Below are positions 48,945-62,875 of a stretch of DNA of 64,000 nucleotides, piece after piece. Source of the DNA: Octopus bimaculoides (taxonomy: Eukaryota). The stretch is from contig NC_068997.1 of NCBI RefSeq assembly GCF_001194135.2, forward strand, positions 37,487,044-37,551,043. The letters run 5' to 3'. Each line of letters opens with the position of its first letter. Position 1 is the stretch's first letter. The position numbers and the translations under genes are program-made. The notes below the pieces were generated by a model. It made no database searches. It was not told the DNA's origin and saw only the letters and a list, made by a program, of their open reading frames with translations.

Positions 48945-50077
48945 GTAAGTTTCTTTGTATTATTATTGATATTGTGCACTGTCAAACTTATAATTGGGCA
49001 CTATTTATTACTATAGACTGCTTTGCAGTACTTAATTTCATCCCTTTGCATCCTGAATTCAAATAGCTTTTCCTTTCCAAGTTCAACAAAATAAATACTG
49101 AAATTAATGGGGTGCAATTGACCATATCCTCACACACAATTTAAGGCCTTGTGTTAATGTTAGAGATTTTTATTGTTAATGTTGACAAGAGTTTCAGGTG
49201 AGTAGTTTTTGAGTTATGTACATTGCAATTCAAGTTGTGGTGGCTCGAAACTTCTGAAGAGAGCTTGGCCATGATAATAATTGTGTCTCAGACAAGTTTG
49301 TGCAATTGGCAGTCTATCTGAAGTTTGGTTCTACACTAAACATATTGCTCCATTGAAACCTGTGGAAGTCAAAATACTTTTGGGAAGGAGTTTCTTTTTT
49401 TTTTTCTTTTGTGTGAGGTTAATTTTGACATTTCTTGTAAAATTTTAAAGTTTCTTTTGTTTGTTGTGAAAATTTTATGGTAATAAAAAGTATTTATTTA
49501 GAATGTGTGGTTGTGTATGTTGTTATATTTTATTGTGTGGTGAACACAGTATATGTGCTGTGTGGGTTGTGTTATAGTATTAGTAGAAAGTTGGTAGTAT
49601 GAATTATGTTATTGAATTAAAAATGTCCTATTTATTTCTACTTTAAAGTCTTTGAACTTTGATAGTTCTCTTGTACTTCTTTTTTAGTTTTATGTTCATG
49701 TATCTAATCACTTTTTCATTTAAATGAACTATTAGGTTATATTAATTCAAGACAACCTTCAAATAAAGAAGTCTTTCCAATGTGTCCTTTCTTCATTTAA
49801 GGTGGCAGGATGTAATTTAAGAGAGATTTGGTTGTACATGCTCTCTCATTGGCTTGATATGTAACACTTTTAAATATGTTTCTAAATGTTGCTGTTATCT
49901 ATTTATGTTCAGTATAGCTGTATTCACTTCATGTCCATAGCTACTAGATTATACTCTCCAGTAGTTCTTTATACAAGAGCTGGTGTTAATTACAACTGCT
50001 GGTGTTAATTACAACTGCTGCTCTATTTTGTCATTGCTAATTTGCATAAAGCAGTGGATTATAATATTTCTTTAACC

Positions 50078-50300
50078 TAAGGTGGCAAGCTTGCAGAATT
50101 GTTAGCATGCTGGGCAAAATGCATAGTGGCATCTCATCTGTCTTTATGTTCTGAGTTCAAATTCTGCTGAGGTCAACTTTGCCTTTCATCCATTTGGGGT
50201 TACTGAAATAAGTACCAGCTGAGAACTGGGGTTGATTTAATAGACTTATCCCCTCCCCCTGAAATTGTTGGCTTGTGCCAAAATTTGAAACCATTATTTC
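50078..50300 (+). mobile_element. SINE-A copy
   Basis: aaggtggcaagcttgcagaattgttagcatgc...gtcaactttgcctttcatcc. Confidence 0.8.
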
Positions 50301-50699
50301 TTTAATCTATTTTTATGCAAAGATTAAGAGATATTTACTAAAAAGAAGTGTATAGATATTAGCTTTAAGTGATAGAGAGCATAATTTCCTTGGCAGGAAA
50401 ATGCTGTTGCATTCATTAATTATTTAATCTAAATTGTAAAGTAAAGTTTGAGATTTGCTTATATGACTTTAGAAGTGAATTTCTAAAAGTGCTAAAAAGC
50501 CCATTAAACATATCTTACACAGTGTCATAGTACAGCATAAGAAATAATATGGGATATAACATATATGTATATTTCAAATATAAACTTTTTTAAAGGTTTA
50601 TTAACCAGGATTATATTCCTTACTATGCTCCTAATATAGTCCATTATTATTTCATGCAAAGTAAAATTGTTAGTGCATCAGACAAAATGCATATCTTTC

Positions 50700-50840
50700 A
50701 GCTTTTTACATTCTGAGAGGACAACTTTGTCTTTCAGCCGTTCAACAAAATAAATACCAGTTGAGCATTAGGATCAATATAATCAAATATACGCCCTTCT
50801 CTAAAATATTGGCCTTGTACTAAAAATGAAAACCATTATT
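50700..50840 (+). mobile_element. 5'-truncated SINE-A ending ~35 bp before a PCBP acceptor
   Basis: acattctgagaggacaactttgtctttcagcc...aaaataaataccag...ggccttgtac. Confidence 0.55.
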
Positions 50841-50872
50841 TTTACATGCAAGACATTTTATTTTAATTCTAG

Positions 50873-50951
50873 GTCAATAAACTGCATCATCAATTTTCTT
50901 TGGGACAGACTGTACCAATTATCCCTGCAGCGTCTCAAACATTGTTACCAG
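50873..50951 (+). CDS. PCBP3: PCBP exon (79 nt, phase 0/1), linker
   Basis: ttttaattctag|GTCAATAAACTGCAT...TTACCAG|gtaatc; VNKLHHQFSLGQTVPIIPAASQTLLP(G), resembling LTKLHQLAMQQ; phase fits both neighbours. Confidence 0.8.
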
Positions 50952-51326
50952 GTAATCTTTCTCAGAATCATTTAATATATTTTAATAAAATAATATATAA
51001 ATACAATAATAGAATATATTAATATTTCATTAATATATGCTTTTAAATAACTAATACCTTCTTGAATAATGTATAAACTGTTTTGCTTCACTTATAAATG
51101 TATTTTAATAAGTAATGAATTTCATAGAATTCTTCTCAGCTCAAGAAATTAATTTAAGGTGATTCATTTTAAAATATCATCTGTTTCTTCATGTAATTTT
51201 TAAATAATTAAATAATGAATGAATTTATTGATATGCATTTGCTTTGTTTCATTCTTTTTGTGCCAGATAATATAGTTTATTATTTTATTAATTTTGTTTA
51301 CTAACTAACTCTTTTTCTTAATACAG

Positions 51327-51486
51327 GACATCTTTCTCTCCCAGGTGTTTCTCCAGTTTCATTTTCTCGACCAAATAATGCAGCTGCTACAGTACAAAAT
51401 AGTCAACAAACGACTGAAATGTCAATACCAAATGATTTGATTGGGTGTATTATAGGACGTGCTGGACAGAAAATCAATGAAATTAG
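51327..51486 (+). CDS. PCBP3: PCBP exon (160 nt, phase 1/2), end of linker plus first half of KH3
   Basis: ttaatacag|GACATCTT...ATTAG|gtatga; HLSLPGVSPVSFSRPNNAAATVQNSQQTTEMSIPNDLIGCIIGRAGQKINEI(R). Confidence 0.93.
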
Positions 51487-52544
51487 GTATGATACTTTGG
51501 TATCAGAAAATATGTTTTCTATATTCTCCTACATCAGTTACTTTGTAATTAAGAATTTAATTCTTAAATTACTGTAGAGGTTTCTCTCAATAAATATCCT
51601 AATCCTGTGAGGAACTAAAGGTTTTGACAATGTAAGGTCTCTCCATAAAAATAGAACTATTACATGAATTCAGAGGAAATTTGCTGATACAATATAATAA
51701 CCATTGATGTACATTTTGAATGTGACTTTTATCTCTTGTCATGTTACTTTCACATGCTAAGTTAGGTCAAATACAATTCCTTAGATATTGATTTCCTAAT
51801 TAAATCACTAATAAATAAATAGAAACAGATATTAATAATACCACAAAATTCTAACTCACTGCTTAAGGTATTAACTGTTATTGTGCTTGAAAATTAATAG
51901 AAAAAATTCAAAGATATTTACATGCATGGTACAGACAAGAAATCTTTTGACAAGAATTTCTTTCTGAAATGTGGTTAAACTTTGTTTCTTGCACAAAAGA
52001 ATTCTTAGTTCCAATTTTTGATCCCAAAACAGCAATATTTAACTGGTTTTATGCAGTTTAAGATCTGGACACAGGTGTATATAATGTCATACAGGACTTT
52101 GAGATGTAAAGAAATTTAAAAGTTAGTGATACACTAAAATTTTGAAGAAAACAGCAGCACAAAATATGTAGAATTCATGTAAAGTGTATTTATTTGACAC
52201 TGATTTGTCTAAGCAAATCTTATCATCAAAGACTGGATGTGTTGAGATTTGTATGTGAATATATACATATATTAAGTGGAAGTACTTAGTATCAATTTAA
52301 GAGTGCCATTACTGTTATATTACTGTTATATTGTATACTGTAATTGAGGAATATATCATAACAGATAAAGCAGCTTTTATTACACATTTGTATTTCATTT
52401 CTACTGCTACTGATTTCAATCTATACTGAACAGATATACCTGTGTTGATATGTTTCCATTTCTTAAAATAATATTCACTTTTCATATATTTAAATTTGTT
52501 TACAATTGGAGACTTCTTGAACCAGTTGTCCTTATTCATTCATT

Positions 52545-52965
52545 CGTCATCATCATCATTTAACATCTATTTTTCCATACTTGTATGGGTCTGATGGAAT
52601 GTGTTGAGGCAGATTTTTCCTATGGATAGATGCCTTCTTGTTGCCAACCTTCATAAGATAATATTTTACATGGCCAGACATGTTTTCCACCAAAGACTGG
52701 AAATGAATAACATCACTTGTATGACAGTGATGCTTGTTTACAACCATCACATGATATCAAAACACGTGTACACACAAACACAAATCTATATATGCATGCA
52801 TTCATTCATACACACACCCTCACGCACACTGATCTTCACTCAGTTTCTGCTTACCAAATCCTGCTCCTAAATCTTTGGTCACTCTGTAGTTATGGTAGAA
52901 GACACTTAAAGTGGGACTGAACCAGCGACTGTATGGCTGGGGAGCAAGCTTTTCAACCATGTGTG
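52545..52965 (-). mobile_element. SINE-C fragment followed by SINE-B 5' half, both antisense
   Basis: catcatcatcatttaacatc...gatgccttcttgttgccaacc; cagtttctgcttaccaaatcc...ggtagaagacactt...gggactgaacc. Confidence 0.55.
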
Positions 52966-53314
52966 TTTATTATCCTTATTGTCATGTATAATTGTTTTTG
53001 GTTCGTGAATAATATTGAGTGTTTATTTGCTATTTCATATAGTGTGTTATCAAAGATATACTACATTCCTTTTTAACAATGTACTGAAATTGACAGAATT
53101 AAACACTGATAATTAAGCAGGCTATTTATTTTTCCAGTTTCTACATAGTATATTTTGATCAAATTGAAGTTATAAATTCATATGAATGTATATAAAAAAA
53201 AGAAAATCAATAATATTGTTTAAGGCTTCATAAATATTTTAATGCAAATAAAAGTCATTTGATATAGAAAAATGGTACCAAAGAAAAAAATATATTTCAG
53301 TATTCAAATAATAA

Positions 53315-53515
<201 letters not shown>

Positions 53516-53956
53516 TGAGTTATGATTTATACATCTTTGTTAAATACATATCTTTTAAGGTTAGCTAAAATACGAATTAGATTGATATGAATACTATTTC
53601 ATAAATGAGAAACAAAATAAATATTAAAATAATCATAGGTTGGTAGTAAATTTTACTTAGGTTTAAGAATCAGTAGCTTGTGAGTAGAAAATAAAAGGTA
53701 TAGAAAGCACAATTGTATTTAAATAACTTAAGATTCTCTCATAACTAGTTGAAATACCAAAACATTTTCCAGAGTTTCTAAAGTTCTAGTTATAAGTTAT
53801 TTCTGTCATGAAACATTAAAACCTAGTATGGTATTTAGTCAAATATCTCTCTAATAATTAAAAATATACATTTTGTTTAAGAGAATAAATATTCTTAGTT
53901 TACAGTATATGAATGTGTGTGTGCATGTGCGTGTGTGAATATGTGTGTGCATGTAT

Positions 53957-54001
<45 letters not shown>

Positions 54002-54145
54002 NNNNNNNNNNNNNNNNNNNNNNNNNNNNNNNNNNNNNNNNNNNNNNNNNNNNNNNNNNNNNNNNNNNNNNNNNNNNNNNNNNNNNNNNNNNNNNNNNNN
54101 NNNNNNNNNNNNNNNNNNNNNNNNNNNNNNNNNNNNNNNNNNNNN

Positions 54146-54201
<56 letters not shown>

Positions 54202-54273
54202 GAATATATATATTTATATCAGTATATATATATGTGAATATATATATATATATATGTTAATATATATATGTTA

Positions 54274-54304
<31 letters not shown>

Positions 54305-54539
54305 TATTTACATATAGTTGTCTAAGAATCTATAAATCAGAAAAAATATGCATGCATATATTAGTCAATAGAGTGAATATTTTAATCAAAGTATACAGTA
54401 TTGTAGATCCATTTCAACTAGTCTTGCCAATCAGATTTGCATGGGATATTAGATAGCCAGATATTAGATAACTGTGTAGCTAAGTAATATTTGAAACCGA
54501 TTGGTAAAGTCAGTAATACTGTATGAATATGTATATATG

Positions 54540-54750
54540 TCATCCTTACCATCATCATTTATCACCCATGTCCCATCCTGACATGGGTTGGATGATTTGA
54601 CAGTATCCACTGAGTCCAACGACTGCATCATGTTTCAGTGTCTGCTTTGATATGGTTTCTATGGCTGGGGATCCCTTCCTATGTAAGCACATTACCCAGT
54701 ATATAGATACTGGGCCCTTTCTCTGTCCTACCAGCACTACTGAGATTACC
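54540..54750 (-). mobile_element. SINE-C copy
   Basis: catcatcattt...catgggttggatgatttgac...atggtttctatggctggggatcccttcct. Confidence 0.6.
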
Positions 54751-55179
54751 ATGCAGCTCACAGACTATGAACTATAAAGAGGGCTTTATGCTTGAAAGTG
54801 AAAGGTAAAATATGAGAGAAGAGGATAGATTATGTTTTTGTTGTAGAGTAATGACATGACTGCTCGCATTTACAAGGAGTGAAATGGCAAAGAATTGCAT
54901 CAGTTGATGAGATACTGTACCTGCAATCCATGCTAGCATGGGAACAATGATGGACATATTTGCACAAAATGGAGCTCAATATGTTTAGTAGAGCAAATGG
55001 TTTACATTATAACAAAAATAGGGAACATAATCCTTAGGTGATTTATCAGCTTTAAAAAAAATCCCATTCTTTGTAGGCTGACCATCTTAAAATTGCTGTT
55101 ATAGCTTTAAAATTGAAGTTATGTAAAATAATGAACTTTAGCTGCAATGTAACATTAAATATCAGTATTAGTTCTTCTT

Positions 55180-55560
55180 ATGCTCTCAAGCATATTGGGC
55201 AACGAGTTGACACCACTGGCTTCTGTTGGCTGTGGTTTTCTCTACATTTGCCCATGTGATATTGACCTCTTGCATGTCAGTTATGAATGTTCTTTGCCAT
55301 GTAGTTTTCAGTTAATTTCTTTCTTTTTCACCCTTTGGTGGTGTCCATTTGAAAGCTTTTAGAATAGCGTTGTTCTGTAACTGAATTATATGACCTGCTA
55401 GTTTCAGTCTTTGTGCTGTGATGATTTTTGCTAAGTGGTCTTCCCAGTACATTCACAAAGTCCTTTTCACCCAACTTTAGTGGAACACATCTAGCTTTCT
55501 GTCCATTTTCACAGTGCTCTTCCACGTCTTATTAGCATTGAGAACTGTTGGTAGAATTAT
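55180..55560 (-). mobile_element. LINE RT C-terminal fragment (RTE/L2-like)
   Basis: QRLKLAGHIIQL..AFKWTPPKG..KTTWQRTFITDM..ITW...NRSQWCQLVAQY. Confidence 0.7.
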
Positions 55561-55629
55561 GTTATTGTAGAGTTAGATCTTTGTGTAGGCTAAAGGTGTT
55601 GGAGGACCAGATAGTGCACATTCTCTGGA

Positions 55630-56600
55630 AAAGTATTCATTAAAATTTAATAAAGTCTATAAGCACAAATTCATATTTTATGAATACCTGTTTGCAAACT
55701 TATGACTGTTCTGGTCCAGGCACCACTAGTAATGCAAAGCAATGGAATCACAAACATCAATAAACATTTCATTTAGAATTTGTATATGTTCTTGCTCAAT
55801 GGCAGCCCTCAATTCATTAAATGTTGCAAGTTTTTATTGTCAAATCTTTGCAAAAAATGTGTAGTAGTGTGAAGTCCAGTGAATGCAGAAGTTATTCTAC
55901 TGGACCTCTTTGACCAACCCACTTATTTGTCAAAATCTCTTCAAGATAGTTCCTCACATTACTGTAGTAGTGTTGGGAATCCCATCTTGCTGGAAATGAA
56001 ATTCAATATTTTCAAAGATCTCTTGAATGCTTTGTGTGACAGATTGTCACAAGTTCAAGTAAATGGGGACTAGTTACGCACTGTCAAGAAAAGAATAGTG
56101 CAATTAATTCTTGTGATGATAAGTTGCACCATACTGTGACTCCTGGTAAATTACTATAGTATACCTCCATAATATGCAGATCCTCAGATCCCTAGTAAGT
56201 GCAACTGTGTTAAATTTATCCTCATCACTCCAAATGATCTTTGTTGCAAAGATTCAGTTAGAGCATGGACTATTCTTGGACTGTAATTTTACCAAGGGCA
56301 GCATTTCAAATTGTGATAGATGTTTGATTTTTAAATTCCTGCTTTATGACTTACTTACTGTACAGATTTTCTTGAACTCTGGTAATATGTTTCTAGTATT
56401 CTTCCTTGTGGGGCTTATTAGTACCTGCAGCGTTTTGGAATATTTTTATGGACATTCTGAACAGTTCTAACTGCTTCAAACTTATCACTAATTTTAAATA
56501 GGTGGATATGCTTCAAACTTCCCTCTAAACAGTCTTTGCACTTTCAGTAGTCCTTTAGGATAAATTTCCTTTCTTCAAAACTTATTCTGGTTCCTTCATT
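55630..56600 (-). mobile_element. Decayed Tc1/mariner-superfamily transposase (maT/DD37D-like motif context; D spacing not countable)
   Basis: IIWSDEDKFN, LPGVTVWCNLSS, FQQDG, KWVGQRGPVE, TFNELRAAIEQE in shifting frames. Confidence 0.65.
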
Positions 56601-57270
56601 ATTTCTAATAGGTTAAATCTAAAAAATATAAACTGAGTTGTCGACTGTAAAAGTACATATACATTTTTGGGGGATGCCCTATGTATGTGTGTGTGTGCAT
56701 GTATAGTGCTAGTTAAAGTACAAAACAATCAGTATTTAGAAAACAATATGACCATTTATATTCCAAAAGAGAAAGCTGTGAAGAAAATTCATGTTCTTTT
56801 GTGAAAATTTCTTGAAAGTTAGTTTTGAATTAAAGCACATTTCATTGAAGACGGCAAAATCAAAATACATACACCTTGTCCAATGTATTAATTAAACCTT
56901 CACACCATTATTGTTGACTTTAGCAAAGATTGTTGTTGCTGGTCCTTCTTTATATAAGGTGAAAAGTTTGGAAGACTATATTAATGGAGAAGGTGACATA
57001 ATGCTGCCTGCTGTTCTTTCTAAGTTTGAAATGATTGACAACTTTATCAGTCTTGTAGATAAAGATCTCCTTAACTCCATAAAACAAAGCATAAAGATGT
57101 TTTTAGTGGCTCTGAGTTTAATATCAGTTAATGACAGATATATTTATGGAAAAGCGAGAGACATGAAACTGCCGACTGAGATTTATTGATCTAGATACAA
57201 ACAAATTCAGGTGTATATTCATTTTTACACACACTCACATTTACAACTATATGCACTTATAAATATATGA

Positions 57271-57305
<35 letters not shown>

Positions 57306-57434
57306 TGCATGTACATATACATTCATATGTATGAATACATGCAAATGTATATGCACAGACAGATATATTCACACATACTGGAATCAACACATGTATGGTC
57401 ATATAAACATATGTTCAATCTATACAGATAGATA

Positions 57435-57471
<37 letters not shown>

Positions 57472-57829
57472 ACACACACACACACACACACTCATCAACA
57501 TATGCTTATATACATATGTAACACATGTTTATACACAAAGATACATATAAACTTTTTGATAAGTGTAAGCAAGTCTATGTATGAATATATGAAAATGAAG
57601 TTATTATTATTATTATACATATATATGTAGGCAATATGGAGAAATACGTTCCATTTTTACAATAACCTGAAAAATAATTTCAGTTGAATAGCAGAAACTT
57701 ATTCATTTTGGATGTTTAGGTTTAGAATGAAATTACATTTTTAAAATTTCAAATTAATTCAAAATCTAAGAACAACATAACCTGTTTGGCTGCTAATTAG
57801 TATTTACTATTAATTTTATCCTGTAGTCT

Positions 57830-58590
57830 CTCCTTATATGCTAAAGTAGTAGTCACAATACTGCAGTTTGAAATCAATACTCTTTAGTTTTAAAGTCCTT
57901 ATATATTCTAATAGTGATGTTATACGTATCATTTTTTTCTTAGTAAAGTTATGTTTGTGCATAATGAAGCAATGTTTGAGAATGTTTGATGTGGCATCAA
58001 TATAATACTGCCAAGGGTAATGATTCCTATTTATGGAATAAGTTTTTTTTAAAAATTTTATTAGGCAGTTACCTTTAAGCAGACATTGAGTTGGTAGTCT
58101 ATAATTACAAGAAAATGAACTTAAATGGGGGAATTCTTGAGGAGCTGGTATATCTTTGCTTGTCATACTGCTATTCAGTGGTTAACTTTTTTGTAGTAAT
58201 TATGGTATTTGTATTATTACTATTATGTTACTTTAATATTAGTATCTTTAATATTAATATTATAATTGCTTCCATTGTTAGTGAGAAAATGTGGTCTAGT
58301 TTGAAGAGGTTCTTTGTTATCATTGCTAAAGTTTGAATAATATCCATATTATTCCATCTCCCGTCCCATGTACAGTTTATGGTACTTAGTGCCAGTTGGG
58401 GAAGTGTTTTTTGTATAATTAATATTAGGCAGAGATCACATCATTAGTCTTATTTGTGAAGTTAGCCATTGACAAGGATAAGTTCACTGTAGAGTTATTA
58501 TGAATGCTATGCTGGGGCAAGATGTTTTTCTTTAGTATCTCAAAGAAATTCCTAGGTATGATAATTCTTACATCCCTTCTGTATGGAGAG
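57830..58590 (-). mobile_element. Penelope-like element GIY-YIG fragment
   Basis: SCNYRLPTQCLLKGNCL...YYIDATSNILKHCFIMHKHNF..TSLLEYIRTLKLKSIDFKLQY. Confidence 0.7.
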
Positions 58591-58794
58591 TTATACCACA
58601 TTATTTTTTTTATTAGTTCTCTGACTGTAAATATTTGTGGAATGTCTATCTTCTACTATGTAGAATATTGAGTTAGAAAAACTCTTGGATAGAAAATAAT
58701 TGAAGGTTTTATAAATATATATCAGTCTTGTAAATATATATATATATATATACACACCTATATATATGCATATATATATCAGGCTAAGTAAAAT

Positions 58795-59318
58795 GTAAGC
58801 AGACATGGCTGTGTGGTAAAAAGCTTGCTTCCCAACCACATGGTTCTGGGTTCAGTCCCACTGCATGGCACCTTGGGCAAGTGTCTTCTACCATAGCCTC
58901 AATCCAACCAAAGCCTTATGAGTGAATTTGGTAGATGGTAACTGAGAGAAACCCATCATATATATCATCATCATCATCATCATCGTTTAACGTCCGCTTT
59001 CCATGCTAGCATGGGTTGGACGATTTGACTGAGGACTGGTGAAACCGGATGGCANNNNNNNNNNTATATATATATATATATAATGTATATATATATATAT
59101 ATGTTTGTGTGTCTGTGTTTGTTCCCCCATCTGCCACCATCACTTGACAACCGATGTTGGTGTGTTTATGTCCCTGTAACTTAGTAGTTTGGCAAAAGAG
59201 ACCAGTAGAATAAGTACTAGGCTTATAAAGAATAAGTCCTGGGATCAATTTGTTTGACAAAAGGTGGTGCTCCAGCATGGGTGCAGTCAAATTAAAGAAA
59301 CAAGTAAAAGAATAAAAG
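58795..59318 (+). mobile_element. SINE-B full copy with an antisense SINE-C tail (58966-59054) inserted in its internal microsatellite
   Basis: Head, CORE-like block, tatatatcatcatcatcatcgtttaacgtccgc..., N gap, 3' body, aaagaataaaagt tail. Confidence 0.8.
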
Positions 59319-60522
59319 TAAAAAAGAACGTTTTGAAACATGAAATTCATCACAATATATTTCAACAATGCAGAAATTTTATTCATCGGCATAAGTACTA
59401 CTACAATCAACACATTTTTGCCAACGAGTTATGAGTTTATTTATTCTGGTAGCATAGCAATAAAAATCTGGAGTTCTGGAGCTGACAAAGTCTTTGAATG
59501 CACTTTCAGCATCAGTTTGATTTCACTCCTTCTCTCACAGGAAACCGTCAAGGTGCTTGAAAAAGTGGTAGTCAGTAGGAAGAAGGTCTGGGGAATAAAC
59601 TGGGTAGGGAAGAACTTTGTAGCCAAGTTCCCTCAAATTCTGGAGAATCATTAGTGGTCGAGCATTGTCATGAAGAACGATTGGCCCTTTTCTGTCAACC
59701 AATCTGAGATGGAGGAGTAACAGATTTTTATTCATTTTGTCAATTTCATGTTTCTACAATAATGGTTTTTCCGGGTTTTAAGAAGTTATAGTGGATGAGT
59801 CCAGCAGTACACCTCCAAACAGTCATAATAAGTTTCTTTTTGAAGAGCTTGGCTTTAGTGAAGGTTTTTGATGCTTCATTTTGGTCCAACCACTGTGAGG
59901 AATGTTTTTTGTTGTTGTACAGAATCCACTTTTCATCGCAAGTTACAATAATGTATGGATTGGTCTGGTTATGGAGAAGCGATGAGCAAATTTCATATCT
60001 GCGCATTTTCTGATGTTCATTCAAATTGTGTGGTACTCATTTGTCATGGTTTTTTGATTTTCCAATTGCATGCAAATGATTGCAGGCAGTTTTCTGGCTA
60101 ACTTGAAGTTCTTTTGCCAGTTCTCGAGTGGTTTTATATGGATCTTTCTCAGTGATGGTCTTTAATTGACCATTATCGATGACAGATGGGCATCCACTAC
60201 ACTCATGATCTTCAAGGCTCAGGTCTCCACTGCAAAATCGTTTAAACCATTTTCAAGCTGACCACTCACTGGTCATTTCCTCACCAAATGTTTCATTGAT
60301 ATTGTGAGCAGTTTCAGCTACTTTACGTCCTTTTTAGAAGTTGAATAGGAGTGATTGTAACAATGATGAAAAAATATGAATGTTAATTTATTGATGCATT
60401 TGGGCAAGTCTGTGTCTGTATTACTAGACAACTACAAAAAAATGTTTAAAAAAATTACAAAACTTTGCAGAAATCCAGCACAAATTCTTCATGGTTCAAA
60501 ACATTGCTTACTTTTTACTCAA

Positions 60523-60528
<6 letters not shown>
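59312..60528 (-). mobile_element. Near full-length decayed mariner
   Basis: IVTCDEKWILYNN, LIMTVWR..GLIHYNFLKPGKTI, VLHDNARP, YSPDLLPTDYHFFKHL; TIR-like tcagattgagtaaaaagtaagcaatgttttgaa at the right end and partial aaagaacgttttgaa at the left. Confidence 0.88.
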
Positions 60529-60563
<35 letters not shown>

Positions 60564-60595
60564 NNNNNNNNNNNNNNNNNNNNNNNNNNNNNNNN

Positions 60596-60648
<53 letters not shown>

Positions 60649-60845
60649 TACACACACATATATGTATATACTTACATACATACATATATATATATATATA
60701 CACACATATATCTATATATATGTATAGAGAGAGAGAGAAAGAGAGAAAGAGAAATAGATAGAGATAGATAGATAGATAGATAGATAGACAGAGAGATAGA
60801 GGGAGATAGGGAGAGAGAGAGGGGGAGAGAGAGAAAGAAAGAGAG
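60528..60845. repeat. Compound (TA)n/(CA)n/(GATA)n/(GA)n microsatellite with N gap
   Basis: Read directly from the sequence. Confidence 0.95.
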
Positions 60846-62822
60846 GAGTGCGCATGAAAGAAGGATTATTGGTATTATGAAACTAAATGCTAAAGCTAAC
60901 ATTTCTCTTAACTACTAAGTCTTAATGCAAGTTTATTGACCCTAAGTGGAGAATATATAAATCCACCTCTAGGTAGGTCTTCTCATTCGTAGGTAATATT
61001 ACTATACCCAATGATTATGTAAACTTGAATCAATTTGGTAAAAAAATGTGTTGTAGCCAGAAAACAATGAAATGTCTGAAGTGAAATCAGCCAATATGTT
61101 GATATCTAATTCAGTTAGTATATTCTTTTCTAATTTTTGTAGTTTTAAAAGGTTAAAAAGTAATTATTTAGCTAATTATGAAATAACTACGGATAAAAGT
61201 TATTTAGATTAGATTGAACAATTTGAATAGAAATAAAATTAAAATCCTACAAATGAGTTTGTTAGTAAGTAAACTGAGGATTCAAATTTATTTTTTCTTA
61301 TTTTGTATGTGAACTTTTAATCTAATTTATTCTACAATAATTATTGTTTATAAATAACTAAATCTCTTGAAATATTTGGTTTGATTATAGATGAATTGTT
61401 TTTAAGCTATAAATTTATATTTTTACTACATATAATTAATTTAATTAAAAATCCTACAATCTTGTAACTCATATTTATAATAGACAGATTCCAAGATTCA
61501 AAGGATTTTTAAAAAATAATGAATGTAATTTTTAATAATCCTTATGTATAAAATTTGTTTTTCTTTAATTTAGGAAATAATGCTTTTGGACTTTTCTTTA
61601 AATAGAATATAATACATTTGAGAATTTTATTATCATTTCCATTGATCTTTAAAAGTTTCTAAAATATGATTTGAGAAACTATATATTCCATGAAGATTTT
61701 CCTTGTGAATCCAGAATGACAAGATCAATAAATCTTCCCTATTCAAAAATACAATTGAATAAAAGCAATTGCTTATTATTCATTTCCCATAAACCTGACA
61801 TTTTCTTACAGTTGATAAATACATAAATTCTTCCAGCATTTCCATGTTTTCGTTAATATCCCTCTTTTTAGTTTGCTGCTTTATTTTTGATATGTACACA
61901 TTTGTATTTTTTTGTGTGTGATTGCTGTCATTTCGCAATAATTATTTTTGATGTTGTTGCTCATATGCCGTATTAAAGATAAGTTCTAAGGTTATGAATA
62001 TCTGGTCATCCACACTGTTCTTATTTTGGATAGACAATCTGAATTTTATATTGTTGTCCTGTTTCTGCTTTATACACAATATTAATTTATATTAAAAAAA
62101 GAACATTTCTAGAAGAAACAAACTTTTAGAAAACTATAAATCATATTTGATTTCAAAGATACTGCAACATCAGTTCCTTTTTTAATAAATATCAAATTAC
62201 ACATTGATATTTCGTATTTATTAACATTGAAATTACATTTCTTCCAATAGTTTTTGTCTTTACATGAACAAATAGTTGAGATTTTCAAAAATTAATATCT
62301 AATTTAATATTTTATCATTTAGGATATTACCAATTATATTATACCAGTCATATTATACTTATTTGAATATCAACAATAATTTTATACATATTAGAATTAT
62401 CTAAAAATTTGTTATACATTTACATGACATACATTTAAGATGACAGAAAAACACAAAAGACAACTATGCATTTTAAATTTTGGTTTAAAAATTTGTCAGT
62501 CTTATTTTAAGATATCATAACAGAACAGATGAAGTTCTAAATTGCTGACAACTAGATATATAAAACTACAAACAAACATTGTATCTTTTCATGAAGCAGA
62601 TGGCTTTTCTTTCTGTAATATGTCTGAAATGAAAAGATATTAACTATAATTGTTTAAGATCTCAGCTAAATGATTATCAAAAGAAAATAGTGATAGCTGT
62701 AAAAGATATGTGCCAGAATTCAAATAATTGAATATATATATGTGCATATACATACTTATATGCATACTCTTGCACTCACATATATAAGCATAGATACATG
62801 TATGTATATGTCTAGCTATAAT

Positions 62823-62874
<52 letters not shown>

Positions 62875-62875
<1 letters not shown>

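Noticed and set aside
49980-50018. 19-bp tandem duplication ctggtgttaattacaactg x2
   Set aside because: An ordinary slippage duplication with no further structure.
56911-57189. 92-aa open frame on the + strand
   Set aside because: No recognisable domain, no fitting splice sites and a TTG start; it is compatible with chance or an unrecognised decayed element.
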